Shown: piece after piece, positions 62,099-64,000 of the stretch
Position numbering within the stretch: the first letter of the stretch is position 1
Layout of the letters: each line of letters begins with the position of its first letter
Source of the DNA: Callorhinchus milii
Lineage: Eukaryota
Reading direction: 5' to 3'
Assembly: GCF_018977255.1 (NCBI RefSeq)
Contig: NW_024704743.1
Coordinates: 76,696,001-76,760,000 of the forward strand
DNA: 64,000 nt
Position numbers and translations under genes: made by a program
Notes under the pieces: generated by a model
Databases searched by the model: none
What the model saw: only the letters and a program-made list of their open reading frames with translations
What the model was told of the DNA's origin: nothing

Positions 62099-62588
62099 TA
62101 CAACATTGACATTTTATTTGCTTTTTTTAAATCAGGATTTTGAGGTGGAGGGGATGGGAGAATTTGATCAGTTGTGGTAAATATATAAGATTTGACATTG
62201 AGAGCAAACTCCAAGAAATCTGCTTCTATTTACGCACATCAAATTTGCAAACAGTGAAATGTTTAGTCCTATGGTTCTATGCTTCCTGAAAATGACAGGG
62301 AAGAGCAAAAATAGTTCTGTCTTTTTCTAAACTTCAACAGAGGCATATGCTGGGAAATGGAGGAGCTATAATTAGAGATAGTATGAGCTTTCGTATTTCA
62401 CAAAGACGTGTATCGTGTACTGTGCGGTGAGATGAATCAGCGTGAAACCAAAACACAGCAAGAGTAGAATTTGAACATTGCTGTTGATTTCTGTGAGAGG
62501 AATATCACCATTCAACATGCTCCTCAAATTAAAAAAACTTTATATCCCAGCAATCTCAACATAAATTTGACATGGTGATTCCCTACGT

Positions 62589-62603
62589 AGGTCACAAAGG
62601 TCA
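62589..62603 (+). promoter_or_regulatory. Perfect DR3 nuclear-receptor element (VDR/RXR-type)
   Basis: AGGTCA-caa-AGGTCA in unique sequence. Confidence 0.5.
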
Positions 62604-62984
62604 AGTCAGAATAGCTTTGCGTGTTAGTATAATGGTATTGTGGGCTTTTGAACATCGGGGCTGTTGATATAGTGTTAATGCAGTGTTTCAAAACCAGACT
62701 TGATAATTAAAAAATCTGTCATGAAACATCACGTTTCACGTCTTTCTCAAGAAAAGAGTGTGGAACCTCAATCTCGCCTTCAGTGTAATGGTTGGGTCCA
62801 AAGCAGTTTTCCAAAATGTTATGCTGCATCTCACCCACAAGTGAGTTGAGCTCCAGGTATTGTTTTTGTCAAGACTCTGTTTTTTGAATGAAGCTTTACA
62901 GGATATAGATAAAGCTGAAAGAGTTCCTGCAGTGTTAGTTGGCTTATTAATCACTATATCAATATAGTATAAGATACAATAAAA

Positions 62985-63205
62985 GCATTTTACATTTTTA
63001 CAGAGCCTTTCACATCAGGAGGATGCCTCAAAGAGCTTCAGACAACTGACTGGAAGCCAAAAGTGGGGATGAGGGGTAGAAAAGAAGGTGGTCTGAAGCA
63101 CAGTAGAAGAGAATGGTGTTAAGGCAGATTTTGAAGCCAGGGAAGGAGAAGACAATGTGGAGGCATTCTGGGTTAGATTTCCAGAGAGCAGGTTGAGACC
63201 AGGAG
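62985..63205 (-). mobile_element. L2 3' fragment, degenerate
   Basis: gcctttcacatcaggaggatgcctcaaagagct; FKICLNTILF. Confidence 0.75.
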
Positions 63206-63499
63206 GTTGGACTCATTTGAAAAAGAGATTAATACTGTGATGGGAGGGTGGTCAAATGAGCTGAAGGACCTTCTTCATCCAAACCTCCCCAGTCATATCG
63301 ACCGAGTTAAACTAGTCAAAAACAACAATCCCTGCTTTGATGTTTTGGAACCAGTTTTAGGCCCGACTATTATGCTCATAATTCCTGGTATTGTTTTTAC
63401 TCATTTTATTAATACTATATTCATTTCAAAAATACTTTTAAACTTTTTTTCTGAAGCTAAAAGAAAAAAAGATACATGTTAAATAATATTTCTGTGAAG

Positions 63500-63610
63500 A
63501 CTGGGTGATAGAATGGCCTTTCATACTAGGCAGTGAAATAGCCCAGAAAGTTTTCTCTCATTTCTTTCAGCAAAGGTACCATATGAAATGAGTTTGAGCA
63601 TTCTGACCTT
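63500..63610 (+). mobile_element. Possible LF-SINE-related relic
   Basis: gcctttcatact..gg, agcccag..aaag and atatgaaatgagtttg recall LF-SINE blocks (GCCTTTCACCTCTAGG; AGCCCAG; ATGTGAAATGAGTTGG). Confidence 0.35.
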
Positions 63611-63704
63611 ATGCCTTGTGGCCATGGGCCCACTGCCCGAAATTTTCCCAATTGGTTTTAATTTAGCAATACAACTTGGAGTAATCCCAGAAACTCCGAT
63701 ATTC

Positions 63705-64000
63705 GGAGTCCTGTAGCTTAATGGTTAGAGCATTCGCCTCGCAAGCAAGAGACCTGGGTTTGATTCCCAGCAGGGCGAAACTTTGGGCAAGTTTCCTTAC
63801 TCCACACGCCTCTTATTTACCTAGCAATAAATGGGATTCCAGTTGTTAGTCGACTGGGGGATCACTTTTCCGGAAGTAATAATTCCTTCAAAATAATTTT
63901 TTAAAAAATAATAATTTATTCATTCAATCCACAATTGTTTGTGGGACATTGTTGTGCACAATTGGCTGCCGAGTTTCCCCCAAAAAACAGTCAATTCACT
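63705..64000 (+). mobile_element. SINE family A, complete head, cut by window end
   Basis: ggagtcctgtagcttaatggttagagcattcgcctcgcaagc...ggtttgattcccagcagggcg. Confidence 0.95.

Noticed and set aside
1188..64000. Recurrent gcgctatat(c)aaatgcaa motif as a CRISPR-like or satellite array
   Set aside because: Dispersed on both strands at irregular spacing; explained by shared L2/SINE 3' tails

Overview
Non-coding vertebrate genomic DNA (AT-rich, CpG-depleted), not prokaryotic. The repeat repertoire points to a cartilaginous fish, most likely a holocephalan (chimaera/elephant shark); this is inferred from remembered consensus sequences, not from a database search. The repeats are L2 and CR1 LINE fragments, SacSINE1-like DeuSINEs, a younger tRNA/CORE-like SINE ending in (ATT)n, a third old SINE family and a Penelope-like relic. 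I found no intact protein-coding gene, RNA gene or CRISPR array. The longer listed ORFs are decayed L2/CR1 ORF2 pieces or their antisense frames. Bases 1-114 may be the end of a terminal coding exon followed by a 3' UTR (low confidence). The rest looks like an intergenic or large-intron regulatory landscape. Most notable observations: (1) three perfect AGGTCA direct repeats (DR2, DR5, DR3); (2) L2 junctions recurring in the anticodon loop of tRNA-derived SINE heads; (3) a mosaic tRNA + CORE-like + DeuSINE-tail SINE; (4) several MITE-like or palindromic elements I cannot name; (5) a CpG-retaining promoter-like segment near 46 kb. Repeat boundaries were set by eye and are approximate.
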